DNA of 64,000 bases from Vicinamibacteria bacterium (GTDB lineage Bacteria > Acidobacteriota > Vicinamibacteria > Marinacidobacterales > Marinacidobacteraceae). The notes under the pieces were generated by a model. That model ran no database searches. It worked only from the letters and a program-made list of their open reading frames with translations, and was not told where the DNA came from. How positions within the stretch are numbered: position 1 is the first letter of the stretch; every line of letters begins with the position of its first letter. A program made the translations under genes and the position numbers. Below are positions 1 through 9,366 of the stretch, one piece after another. The stretch is from the NCBI GenBank assembly GCA_963555995.3, contig OY821641.1, positions 3,232,001 through 3,296,000 on the forward strand, read 5' to 3'.

Positions 1-1209
1 GAACAGCGTTTCGGGGTGTCCGCCAAGGAGCGGCTGAAGGCGATGGCCCCACAGGTGGACCACCTGGCGATGACCGCGACGCCGATTCCGCGCACGCTCA
101 ACATGTCGCTCTCCGGCATTCGCGACATGTCGGTGATCGAGACGGCGCCGCGGGACCGGATGGCCATCCAGACCCATGTGCTGCCGTTCGATCCGGACCG
201 GATCGCGGAAGCCGTCCGGCACGAACTCGCGCGCCAGGGCCAGGTCTATTTCGTGCACAACCGGGTCCGATCGCTGCCGGCGATGGCGAAGCTCCTCGAC
301 CGCCTGGTCCCCGAGGCGCGCGTCCTGATCGCCCACGGGCAGATGCGCGAAGCGGCGCTGGAGCGCACCCTGATCCGCTTCCAGGAGCACGAAGCCGACA
401 TCCTGCTCACCACCACCATCATCGAGAACGGCATTGACCTGCCCCGGGTCAACACCCTGCTGGTGAACCGGGCGGACGCGTTCGGACTCGCCCAGCTCTA
501 CCAGATCCGGGGCCGGGTGGGGCGGTCCTCGCGGCGGGCCTACGCCTATCTGCTCGTGCCGCAGGGAGCGCCGCTGGCGGGCGGCGCGCAACCGCGCCTC
601 GCCGCCCTCCGGGAGTTCAGCGAACTGGGCGCCGGGTTCCGGATCGCGGCGCTGGACATGGAACTGCGGGGCGCCGGCAACCTGCTGGGCGCCGCCCAGC
701 ACGGCCACCTGGAAGCGGTAGGGTTCGACCTCTACTACCGGCTCCTCGAAGAAGCGGTCGCCGAGGCCCGCGGCGACCGTCCAAGATCCCGCTGCGCCAT
801 GAACCTCCGCTTCCAGTTCCGCATCCCCGGCGACTGGCTGGAGGACGTCCGGCGCCGGATGTGGCTCTACAAGCGCTGCTCTTCCGCCGCCGACCTGGAC
901 ACCCTCGACCGGCTCCGCGACGAGGTGCGCGACCGGTTCGGGGCGCTGCCGGCGGAGGTGGAGCTCCTCTTCCAGCACGTGCGCCTCCGCATCCGCGCCG
1001 AGGCGCTCGGCTACACGGCGGTGATCCGGGAGGGCGATGCGCTGCGCTTCGAATCGGACGCGAAGGACCGTTCCTTCCGCTCGCCGCTCGCCCCCGGAGC
1101 GGGGCCGGCGGAAGTGCTCGGGTCGCTCCAGATGGCGCTGTCGGCGCTGGAGGCCGTCGCGCTCAGCCGGGAAAACGAGGGTCCGGCGGACCGGAGAGCC
1201 GTCTCGTGA
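1..1209 (+). CDS. mfd: Transcription-repair coupling factor, 3' part (runs off the left edge)
   Basis: Frame open from base 1 (EQRFGV); motifs MTATPIPRTL, TTIIENGID, FGLAQLYQIRGRVGRS, DMELRGAGNLLG; C-terminal TRCF domain. Confidence 0.97.
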   Translation, partial: EQRFGVSAKERLKAMAPQVDHLAMTATPIPRTLNMSLSGIRDMSVIETAPRDRMAIQTHVLPFDPDRIAEAVRHELARQGQVYFVHNRVRSLPAMAKLLDRLVPEARVLIAHGQMREAALERTLIRFQEHEADILLTTTIIENGIDLPRVNTLLVNRADAFGLAQLYQIRGRVGRSSRRAYAYLLVPQGAPLAGGAQPRLAALREFSELGAGFRIAALDMELRGAGNLLGAAQHGHLEAVGFDLYYRLLEEAVAEARGDRPRSRCAMNLRFQFRIPGDWLEDVRRRMWLYKRCSSAADLDTLDRLRDEVRDRFGALPAEVELLFQHVRLRIRAEALGYTAVIREGDALRFESDAKDRSFRSPLAPGAGPAEVLGSLQMALSALEAVALSRENEGPADRRAVS

Positions 1210-2162
1210 GCCGGTTCCCCGCCGGGGCGATCCTGCTGCTGGCGCTCGCCGGGGCGGGCTGCGGCGGCTTCGCCGGGGAAGACGATCCGGTGGTCGTCTC
1301 GGTGGGCGGGCGCGAGGTGACCCAGGCCGCCCTCGACCGGTTCATCGCGTCCCGGACGGGGCTCGGCGGGACGCTCGACGCTCCCCTGCTCAGCGCTCTC
1401 CTCGAGGAGTTCGTGCGCGAGCGACTCCTGGTGATCGCCGCGGAGGAAGCGGGGGTCGAGGTCTCCGAGGTCCAACTGCTCGAGGAGACCTCCGCCCTGC
1501 GGCGCGGAGCCGGGCCCGACGTGGTCCGGACCGAGACCGGGACCGGCGCGCCCGCGGGCGACGGCGACGCGGCGGCGGGCCCGGACGACGGCTGGCTGCG
1601 CTCGCAGGTGCGGGACCGGCTCCTGGTGGACCGGTTCATGGACACCGTGGTGCTGGCCGGCGTCGAAGCGACGGACGAGGCCCTGCAACTGGAGTTCGAG
1701 GCGAACCGCGCCTTCTACGGGCGTCCGGAGACCGTCACCGTCTCGGAACGGCGGTTCGGCGACCGGGAGAGCGCCGAAGCCGCCGCCCGGGTCCTCCGTC
1801 AGGAACCCCGGTCCGGCGGGGACGGCGAGGGCGCCGACCCCTTCCTGCCGGTCGGCACGTTCCGGAGGGGCGAGTTGCCGGACGACGTGGACCAGGCGGT
1901 CTTCGTCCTCGACCCCGGGGACACCACCGACGCGATCGAGACCGCGGCGGGCTTCCGGGTCTTCCGGGTGGAGCAGCGGCTCCCCGCCGCCTCGCTCGAG
2001 TTCGAGGAAGTGCAGGATGTGGTCCGGCTCACGGTCCTCCGCCGGGAAGCCGACGCCCGCGTCCAGACCCTCCTCGAGGACCTCCAGAACCGCCACCCCG
2101 TCCGCGTCCACACCGACAACCTCCCCTTCCCCTACGTCGGGCTCCTCCCCAAACTGGAGTGA
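1206..2162 (+). CDS. SurA/parvulin-type peptidyl-prolyl isomerase-like lipoprotein
   Basis: GTG overlaps the mfd TGA (GTGA); lipobox-like LAGAGC; SurA-N-like VVVSVGGREVT; rotamase-like F..GELP..V.QAVF.L.PG. Confidence 0.8.
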   Translation: MSRFPAGAILLLALAGAGCGGFAGEDDPVVVSVGGREVTQAALDRFIASRTGLGGTLDAPLLSALLEEFVRERLLVIAAEEAGVEVSEVQLLEETSALRRGAGPDVVRTETGTGAPAGDGDAAAGPDDGWLRSQVRDRLLVDRFMDTVVLAGVEATDEALQLEFEANRAFYGRPETVTVSERRFGDRESAEAAARVLRQEPRSGGDGEGADPFLPVGTFRRGELPDDVDQAVFVLDPGDTTDAIETAAGFRVFRVEQRLPAASLEFEEVQDVVRLTVLRREADARVQTLLEDLQNRHPVRVHTDNLPFPYVGLLPKLE

Positions 2163-2201
2163 CTCACCCAGTCCCGGAACAGCACGCCAACCTGGACCGC
2201 C

Positions 2202-2337
2202 GGCCTGGAACGCCGGCAGGGTGCTGAATGTTGCGCCGTGCGCGGCGCGGAGCGCCGCGGTGCCGGTCTGGAGACCGGCGTTCCAAGGCGGTGCGCCATC
2301 AGGGGGCTGAACGTTGTGCCGTGCGCGGCGCGGAGCG
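2202..2337. repeat. Degenerate REP doublet plus 38-bp direct repeat (2217-2254 / 2300-2337)
   Basis: ggcctggaacgccgg ... gtgccggtctggagaccggcgttccaaggc; cagggtgctgaatgttgcgccgtgcgcggcgcggagcg repeated with 3 mismatches. Confidence 0.85.
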
Positions 2338-2418
2338 GCGCGGGTGAGCGAGCGGCAGGTTCGCTACGAGCTGGGTCGCGAGGAGGGTGGGGGTGACGAC
2401 CGCGGGAAGTTGGAGCGC
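2335..2418 (+). mobile_element. 84-bp remnant of IS21 istA (HTH-coding segment)
   Basis: Ungapped manual alignment to 58665-58748: 76/84 identical, only 1 mismatch in the first 54 bp. Confidence 0.88.
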
Positions 2419-2466
2419 CGGACGCCTAGAATGTCCGTTCCCTCCTGACCGGACAAGGAAGTCCTC

Positions 2467-3471
2467 ATGCCGCGCTCCCCGATCCTCGCAACCCTGCCGC
2501 TGGTCCTCTTCAGTGCCCACGCCGGCGCCCAGGAAACCGGAAACGGCGCGTCCGCGGAGGTCTTGGACCGGGTCGTCGCCCTTGTCAACGGGGACATGAT
2601 CACGCTCAGCGAGCTGCAGCGGCAGGTCGTCATCCAGGCGGAGCGTCTCGGCGTCCCCGACGATCCCGAGGTCCAGGCCACCTTCCGGAGATCGGTCCTC
2701 GAGGGGATGGTGGACAACACGCTGATCCTCCAGGTCGCCGACCAGCGCGGGCTCCGCGTCCCGGACCGGTACTTCGACGAATGGAAGGAAGCGACCATCG
2801 AGGAGATGAACCTCCCGAACGAGGAAGAGTTCGTCCGGCAGGTGGAGCTCCAGGGATCCAACATGGAGGAGCTGAAGAAGCAGTTCCTCGAGGGCGTCCT
2901 CATCCAGGAGATCCGCCGCCAGGACATCGAGGAACGGGTCCAGATCAGCGAACCGGAGATCGAGCAGCGCTACCGCGAGAACGTGGACGAGTTCATTCGC
3001 CCGCCGCAGGTCCGGCTGCGGGAACTGGTCGTCCACGTCACCGAGGCCGGCGAGGCGGAGGCGCGGGAGCGCCTCGCCGAGGCCCAGCGCCTGATCGCGT
3101 CGGGCACCGACTTCGGAGAGGTAGCGAAGGTGCGGTCGGAATCCGGTTCGGCGGAGAGCGGCGGGGACCTCGGTCTCTTCCTGGTCCGCGAACTGGACGA
3201 GTCCTTCCGGTCGGTGGTGGCCGAACTCGAGCCGGGAGCGGTTTCCGAACCGCTGCGGATCGGCGAATCCCTCTACCTGCTCAAGGTGGACGAGCGGACC
3301 GAAGAATCCACCATCCCGCTGGACGACGTGCGGAACCAGATCGCCGAATCGCTCTACAGCGAAAAGATGGCGGCCGAGATGGACAACTTCGTCCGCAACC
3401 TCCGGGAGAACGCCATCGTCGAGATCCGCCTGGACGAAGGCGACACGGCGACCGAGCCACCCTCCCGCTAA
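2467..3471 (+). CDS. surA: SurA-like periplasmic chaperone/PPIase
   Basis: Signal peptide; LDRVVALVNGDMITLSEL (SurA N); parvulin motif DFGEVAK..S..SA..GGDLG. Confidence 0.85.
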   Translation: MPRSPILATLPLVLFSAHAGAQETGNGASAEVLDRVVALVNGDMITLSELQRQVVIQAERLGVPDDPEVQATFRRSVLEGMVDNTLILQVADQRGLRVPDRYFDEWKEATIEEMNLPNEEEFVRQVELQGSNMEELKKQFLEGVLIQEIRRQDIEERVQISEPEIEQRYRENVDEFIRPPQVRLRELVVHVTEAGEAEARERLAEAQRLIASGTDFGEVAKVRSESGSAESGGDLGLFLVRELDESFRSVVAELEPGAVSEPLRIGESLYLLKVDERTEESTIPLDDVRNQIAESLYSEKMAAEMDNFVRNLRENAIVEIRLDEGDTATEPPSR

Positions 3472-3489
3472 CGGCACGGCGCGACGCGA

Positions 3490-3513
3490 TGCCGGCCGGA
3501 GGCCGGAGCTCCC
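3490..3513. repeat. Single REP-family arm, variant tgccggccggaggccggagctccc
   Basis: Same variant at 18887-18909; sits at the left edge of the low-GC islet. Confidence 0.6.
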
Positions 3514-3792
3514 TTCCCTGCGCCCCGTGAGGATGTGCGGCAGATGTGCCATTTCGGTCCGCTACGATCCCCTCTTATCGCTCCGCAATCTTGATTCCTC
3601 TGTTTATACATAGGCTTCAAGAATCAAATCACATCTTGCATCAAATCCACGATGATCCGACACGCCCAAATCGAAGGGAATCCCGACAGGCGCGAGGGCA
3701 ACGTATCGCGCTACGAGCGTCTCTTGTCTGCGGCTCTCTGGAGCATCAGGGAACTTCCTGATCGCCTTCAAGCCTAAACTCCATTCACCTTT

Positions 3793-5586
3793 ATGCAAGC
3801 CCACTCTATCGAGCTTAAGTCCGTTTCCGACCTCCTAGTTGACGAGTACGGCGACGAGAGGCGGTTCTGGATTCCGGACTACCAGCGGGGCTACCGTTGG
3901 ACGCCCCTCCAAGTGACTCAACTACTCGATGACGTCTGGGAGTTCGTTCAACGCGAGGCCGGCAGTCGGCAGTCCTTCTACTGCCTACAGCCAGTTGTCA
4001 TCAAACGGCGATCTGACATGAGTTACGAGGTCGTGGACGGACAACAGCGCTTGGTGACCATACACATCTTGCTCTCCTACCTCGCGGACATTGCTTCGAT
4101 TCTCGGTAAGAGGTCATTCAAGATCGCTTTCGCGACGCGCGGTTCCCTGGGTGAGGGATTCTTGGAACACATCGATCCGAACCAAGCGGACGACAACGTC
4201 GACTTTTTTCACATGGCGGCGGCCTACAAGGCCATCGAAACCTGGTTTTCGCAACACGATAACGGAATGCAGCGACTCAGGCTGCTCCAGCATCTGTTGA
4301 ACGACGACGCCACGGGGCGCAACGTTAAGGTGATCTGGTTCGAGCTTCACTGCTCGGACAACCCGATTGGCGCCTTTACTAGGCTCAATATCGGGAAGAT
4401 TCCTCTTACGAACTCTGAACTCATCCGATCCCTGTTCCTGAAACGCATGGACGACGACACGGATACCACGGCGTTTCAGCTCCAGGTCGCACACGAGTGG
4501 GACCAAATGGAGAAGGCACTACAGAATGACGCCTTCTGGTGTTTCTTGAGTAACGACGTCGGGCCGCCTAAGAGCCGTATGGAGTTTGTGTTTGACCTCC
4601 TCGTCCGGGAATCCGGCGGTCTCGCAACTAGATCACACGACCCATATCGCGTGTTCCATACCTACGCTACACGGATCAACAGGAGTCGCACCAACCAGGA
4701 AAGCGAATGGATTAAGGTCAAGCGGACGGTCATGCTTCTTGAGGAGTGGCATGTAGACCGGACGCTCTACCATCTCGTCGGACTCCTAGTCGCGTGGGAC
4801 GTTGCGGTTCCTGAGCTTGTCGCTATAGCCAATGGCCGAAAAAAGCGCGAATTCCAGAAAACGCTCCGTGCCAAAGTCTTCAAATCAGCCTTTGGACAGG
4901 ACCAACCGACGGACTTAGCCTTCGACGAGAGACGGGAACTCGTTTCTGGTGTACTGGCCGATCTGGAATATCCAACCGACCGAGCACGCATTCGTGCCGT
5001 GCTCCTTCTGTTTAACGTGGCCATTCACTTGGAGAGCGCGAACGGATACTCACGCTTTGACTTTGCGGCGTTCAAGGGCGGCCAATGGGACATAGAGCAC
5101 GTTCGGTCTGTGGCACGTGGTCGCCCCGTGTACCGTGCGGACCGCCGGACATGGTTTCGGATATGTCGGGAGCAGCTACAGAAGGACGAGTCCGAGGCCG
5201 AGTTGTGTAGCCAGTTGGATTCCTACCTAACGCTATCTGCGGACGAGACTGACGACGCCGACTTCGAACGCCTGTACAAGCGTGTCTTGAAGGTATTTCG
5301 GGAAGAGGATGATGAGGATGTTGACGACGGCATCGGGAACCTGGTGCTCCTCGACCAGAGCACGAACCGCAGCTACAAGAACGCTGTTTTTGCCGCCAAG
5401 AGGCAGCGTGTCGTTGCCTTGGATCAAAGCGGTGGCTTCGTGCCGTTGGCTACGAGGAATGTGTTCCTAAAGGCCTACAATCCAAAGCCGGATACGCTTC
5501 TCTTTTGGACACGATCCGACCGTGATGCCTACCTTTGCGCGATGGTAGACGCGATAACGCACTTCTTCGACAATGCGGACCAATAG
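3793..5586 (+). CDS. DUF262 + DUF1524 (GmrSD-like type IV restriction) protein with HNH-type nuclease motif
   Basis: IPDYQRGYRW, VVDGQQRL, FTRLNIGKIPLT; C-terminal WDIEHV...IGNLVLLDQSTNRSYKN; lower GC than host. Confidence 0.9.
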   Translation: MQAHSIELKSVSDLLVDEYGDERRFWIPDYQRGYRWTPLQVTQLLDDVWEFVQREAGSRQSFYCLQPVVIKRRSDMSYEVVDGQQRLVTIHILLSYLADIASILGKRSFKIAFATRGSLGEGFLEHIDPNQADDNVDFFHMAAAYKAIETWFSQHDNGMQRLRLLQHLLNDDATGRNVKVIWFELHCSDNPIGAFTRLNIGKIPLTNSELIRSLFLKRMDDDTDTTAFQLQVAHEWDQMEKALQNDAFWCFLSNDVGPPKSRMEFVFDLLVRESGGLATRSHDPYRVFHTYATRINRSRTNQESEWIKVKRTVMLLEEWHVDRTLYHLVGLLVAWDVAVPELVAIANGRKKREFQKTLRAKVFKSAFGQDQPTDLAFDERRELVSGVLADLEYPTDRARIRAVLLLFNVAIHLESANGYSRFDFAAFKGGQWDIEHVRSVARGRPVYRADRRTWFRICREQLQKDESEAELCSQLDSYLTLSADETDDADFERLYKRVLKVFREEDDEDVDDGIGNLVLLDQSTNRSYKNAVFAAKRQRVVALDQSGGFVPLATRNVFLKAYNPKPDTLLFWTRSDRDAYLCAMVDAITHFFDNADQ

Positions 5587-7981
5587 CGACTCGTACACCA
5601 TAGGCCCACCGCTGACGCTCCGCGGCCTTCTCGAGCGGTACGGCCAAGTCCGAATCCCCATTATCCAGCGTGACTACGTTCAAGGTCTGGACAGTGAAGG
5701 CGAGACGAGGCGCGAGTTTCTTCGTGTGTTGCGTGACGCGGTATCGGACTCCTCGAATGATCTGAAGCCTCCCGTCAATCTAGACTTTATCTACGGGAAC
5801 ATCAAGGACGGACAGAGGACGAGTTTCCTGCCCCTCGACGGACAACAACGACTTACGACGCTGTTCTTGTTGCATTGGTACCTAGCGTGGCGCGATCGGG
5901 AACATGACCTGTTCGACCGCCTATTTCGAGGCGATCGTGGTTGCCGTTTTTCCTACAGCGTCCGAACGAGTAGTGCCGAATTCTTTGACGCGCTTTCTGC
6001 GTTCCGTCCGGATACCAACGCGACCGGCGCGGTGTGTGTTTCTGCGTTGATCAAGGATCAACCCTGGTATTTCCGACATTGGCGATTGGACCCCACTATT
6101 CGAGCTGCAACGGAGATGCTGGATGCGATACATATCGACTTTATGGATTGTGCCGGCGGCTTCCTACGCCTTGTAGATCCGGAGAAACCGGCGATTACGT
6201 TCCAGCTTCTAGAGTTGCGCGAATTCGGGCTCTCGGACGACCTGTATATCAAGATGAATGCGCGAGGAAAGGGATTAACGGAGTTTGAGGCATTCAAGGC
6301 GCGGTACAGGGAACACATCGAAGCACAGTTTGATGGCGAGAGCAGACGATTGAGCGGCGAGGATATTCCGGTTGCAGAGTACTTTGTTCGTCGCATGGAC
6401 ACAGTTTGGTCCGATCTGTTCTGGCGATACAGAAGAAAGGGAGCGTCGTCATGCGATAGGGAGATAATGAACCTCATCCGCGTAGTGGCCATGGCGTCAC
6501 GGAATCCAGGTGAAGAACAATATACGAAGAGAATCTCGGCGCTGCGCGATCACAGGAACCCAGCGACGTTCAGTACTCTGGACCGATACGGGTGTCTGGA
6601 CCGCAGGCTATCGGAGACCTTACTGTTGCTGCTTGATACGTGGAGCGGATCCAACGGATCCTTTGCGGCGCAGCTCACGGAATCACGGCCGTTTAACGAG
6701 CTAGGCTTTTTTCGCCGTGCGATATCGCGGCCAACTGACGTCGGCTATGCCGAATTAGTTCAGCTAGTCGGATTTATTGCGTTCTTGGAGGCGAATGACA
6801 CGCTCACAAGTCAGGCGAGCCTCTACGATTGGATGCGTATTATTGTCAATCTGTCGACGAACACAGCGTATGACGGCCCCAGCGATTTACAGCGCAGTGT
6901 AAGGGGGATCGCCGCCCTTTCACATCGCAGTGGGGAAGTGCTGGAGTATTTCGTGAATCACGAGCGACCGGTTGTCGGGTTCAATGAACAACAGATTGAA
7001 GAGGAACGACTGAAGGCCGAGTTGATATCCGCCGGTTACCGCTGGCGGCCCCTTATCGAGACGGCAGAGAGGCATGGCTATTTCAAGGGCCAGATCGGAT
7101 TCCTGCTGGATTTCTGCGGAGCGCGTGACGCGTGGGCGACCGGTCAACATGAGGGCTGGAGTGCGGCGGGGCACAGAGATGTACAGAGGGAATTTCGGCG
7201 ATACTTGCGCGCAGCGAAGACAATGTTTACCCCGAAGGGCCTTAGTGATGTCGGCGAAAACCGATGGGAGCGCGCCCTGCTGACGTTGGGAAAATACCTG
7301 CTACGAAGGTGGTTGAACTACTCGTTTCTCGTTAATGCGACGACAGAGAATGCTAGCTGGAAAGGCCTGCTGCGGGCGTCGAATCGTGAGAGTGCGGCAT
7401 CGCGTATGCTCCTTCAGCGTTTGTGGGATCGGCTAGATCACGACGGTAACATTGCAGATCAACTGGATAAGATGATTTACGCCGCGAGCGGCCTAGAGGA
7501 GTGGAGAGAAGCACTCGTGAAGACCTCTGAAGCGATCGCGTACTGCGGGATGCGGGAGATTCGTTGGGAGTCGGAAGACGAGATCTATCTGTTGAGGAAG
7601 CGGCAGATGAATGGGGCACATGCGGAGCTGTTCACCTATTGCCTCTTTGTGGCCGGAAAGCTCGAGGATGCGTTGCCTGACACAGTGAATGTAGAGTACA
7701 TGTTTCCGACAGACACGTACACGCGGCCCGGGATTGTGATGAGGTGGGTACAAAACAGTAGGCGTGTGGTCCTGACGCTCGAGCGGTCGGGCATAGACTA
7801 CGTCGTCACCGTGTGTCAGCACGGGCCGGCTAACGGTGCAAGCGTGGAATGGCAGGTCCCAGAGTCCGCGGGACTCAAAGAAACAGACGGGATGCTGCGG
7901 AAGGAGATCGGAACGAGTCGGGTCGAGGAAGCCGTGGCGGGCCTTGTGAGAGTCCTTACGAGGGCTTCGGCCGAGGCGTGA
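5573..7981 (+). CDS. DUF262 (GmrS-like) protein with large uncharacterised C-terminus
   Basis: IPIIQRDYVQG, PLDGQQRLTTL, YIKMNARGKGLT; overlaps upstream gene by 14 bp; no HNH motif seen. Confidence 0.87.
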   Translation: MRTNSDSYTIGPPLTLRGLLERYGQVRIPIIQRDYVQGLDSEGETRREFLRVLRDAVSDSSNDLKPPVNLDFIYGNIKDGQRTSFLPLDGQQRLTTLFLLHWYLAWRDREHDLFDRLFRGDRGCRFSYSVRTSSAEFFDALSAFRPDTNATGAVCVSALIKDQPWYFRHWRLDPTIRAATEMLDAIHIDFMDCAGGFLRLVDPEKPAITFQLLELREFGLSDDLYIKMNARGKGLTEFEAFKARYREHIEAQFDGESRRLSGEDIPVAEYFVRRMDTVWSDLFWRYRRKGASSCDREIMNLIRVVAMASRNPGEEQYTKRISALRDHRNPATFSTLDRYGCLDRRLSETLLLLLDTWSGSNGSFAAQLTESRPFNELGFFRRAISRPTDVGYAELVQLVGFIAFLEANDTLTSQASLYDWMRIIVNLSTNTAYDGPSDLQRSVRGIAALSHRSGEVLEYFVNHERPVVGFNEQQIEEERLKAELISAGYRWRPLIETAERHGYFKGQIGFLLDFCGARDAWATGQHEGWSAAGHRDVQREFRRYLRAAKTMFTPKGLSDVGENRWERALLTLGKYLLRRWLNYSFLVNATTENASWKGLLRASNRESAASRMLLQRLWDRLDHDGNIADQLDKMIYAASGLEEWREALVKTSEAIAYCGMREIRWESEDEIYLLRKRQMNGAHAELFTYCLFVAGKLEDALPDTVNVEYMFPTDTYTRPGIVMRWVQNSRRVVLTLERSGIDYVVTVCQHGPANGASVEWQVPESAGLKETDGMLRKEIGTSRVEEAVAGLVRVLTRASAEA

Positions 7982-7987
7982 TTCGAA

Positions 7988-8535
7988 ATGCGGGGGGATC
8001 TGCGGCAAGGGAGCCGCGTAAACGCCCGTGGCCAACCGAGACGGCGCACATTGTCGGCGGACGAATCTACGCCGGAAACAGATTGGAGCAGGGTTAAGGC
8101 GATTGTTGCGGCTCTGTACAAGAACACAGACGAACTCGAAGCGATCTTTCCGGATCGCAGGTTCACACCTGACGGCCACCTGATGGGAAGTCTTGGCGAA
8201 GTCATTGCAGCGTACATGTTCGGGCTTGATCTGGAGAAACCATCTAAGACCGGGCACGATGCTCACGCACCGGACAAGAGAAAGTCGAAATCAAGCTGAC
8301 GCAGGGGACGAGGGTGGGATTCCGCGAAAAGCCCGAGCACGCCATCGTGCTGCAACGAAAGAAGGGCGAGTCGGTTCGGGTTGTCTTCAACGGTCCAGGC
8401 TGGGAGTTTTGGGGCGATATTGGCGAGCAGCAACGAAATGGCCAACGGTCTATTTCGGTCAGTAAACTTCGCGATGCCGACGGCCGGGTAGCGGATAAAG
8501 ACAGGCTGCCTCAGGTCCACGATCCACCATTGTGA
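7988..8535 (+). pseudogene. Frameshifted PD-(D/E)xK-type nuclease (DUF6998-like)
   Basis: FTPDGHLMGSLGEVIAA...GHDA in the first frame; one extra A at 8281-8283 restores KVEIKLTQG in frame with ORF 8314-8535. Confidence 0.72.
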
Positions 8536-8730
8536 CCGGCCATGCGGACCGGCGATCCGGATTGCCTGCGGAGTTCGCGGCGTCTAGCTAGGACGGGTTC
8601 CCTCGCGGCGCGATGCGGGCCAGACGCGCGGCGGTCCGAGGGTCACCCGTCCCGGGTGGACATCTCAAGGTGGAAGCCTCTGCTCACATCTCCCGCCACG
8701 AGCGGTGGTGCGCACCGGTAGGGCGCGACC

Positions 8731-9066
8731 TCAGCGCAGAACCCGCAGCGCGGTCTCGGGGGCTTGGTCAAGCAGCCGCAGCAACGCCCGCGCGGCGCCG
8801 GTCGGGCAGCGCTTCCCCTGTTCCCAGTTCCGGATCGTCTCCGGCGGCACCTGGATCCGCCGTGCGAACTCCACCTGGGACAGGCCAAGGCGTCGGCGGA
8901 CCCGGCGGGCGAAGCGCGCCGTCTCCCGGATCGCTTCCTCGTCATCGTCGCGTTGCTGCCGGGCGAGGTCCGCTTCGGTGGTTCGGTCGAGCACGGCGTA
9001 GTCCACCCGCCCCGGCGGCAGGCTGTTCGGATCGCGCTCGAACTCCACAACCGAAATATGGGCCAA
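8731..9066 (-). CDS. XRE-family HTH regulator / antitoxin-like protein
   Basis: RRRLGLSQVEFARRI.VP.ETIRNWEQGKR.P.GAARALL; TTG start preceded by GAGGT. Confidence 0.85.
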   Translation of the reverse strand: MAHISVVEFERDPNSLPPGRVDYAVLDRTTEADLARQQRDDDEEAIRETARFARRVRRRLGLSQVEFARRIQVPPETIRNWEQGKRCPTGAARALLRLLDQAPETALRVLR

Positions 9067-9150
9067 TGGCCTACCTCGATCAAGGCCCCGGCGTTCGCTG
9101 GCTGTGAAGAAACGGTCCCGCGGGTAGGCCAACGTCAATGGTGGCGCCCC

Positions 9151-9353
9151 CGGCTTGGAACGCCGATCTCCAGATCGGCACGCGCGGCGCTCCGCGCAGC
9201 GCACGGCGCGGCGTTGATCTGCGGGGTGGTTCTCTCTACGCAACGCAACACACAGGGCGTTTCCGGACGTGCGTCCCGCAAGGCCGAACGGCGCCGCGTT
9301 CTCCGCGGGCCTCCGGCCCGCTGTGCCGATCTGGAGATCGGCGTTCCAAGCCG
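9151..9353. repeat. REP doublet (REPIN-like), GATC stem variant
   Basis: cggcttggaacgccgatctccagatcggcac at 9151-9181 and its reverse complement at 9323-9353. Confidence 0.92.
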
Positions 9354-9366
9354 GCGTGCCGAGGGG

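Noticed and set aside
3546-3804. Small ORFs or a sigma70 promoter in the AT-richer gap
   Set aside because: No recognisable motifs and no correctly spaced -35/-10 pair that I can support
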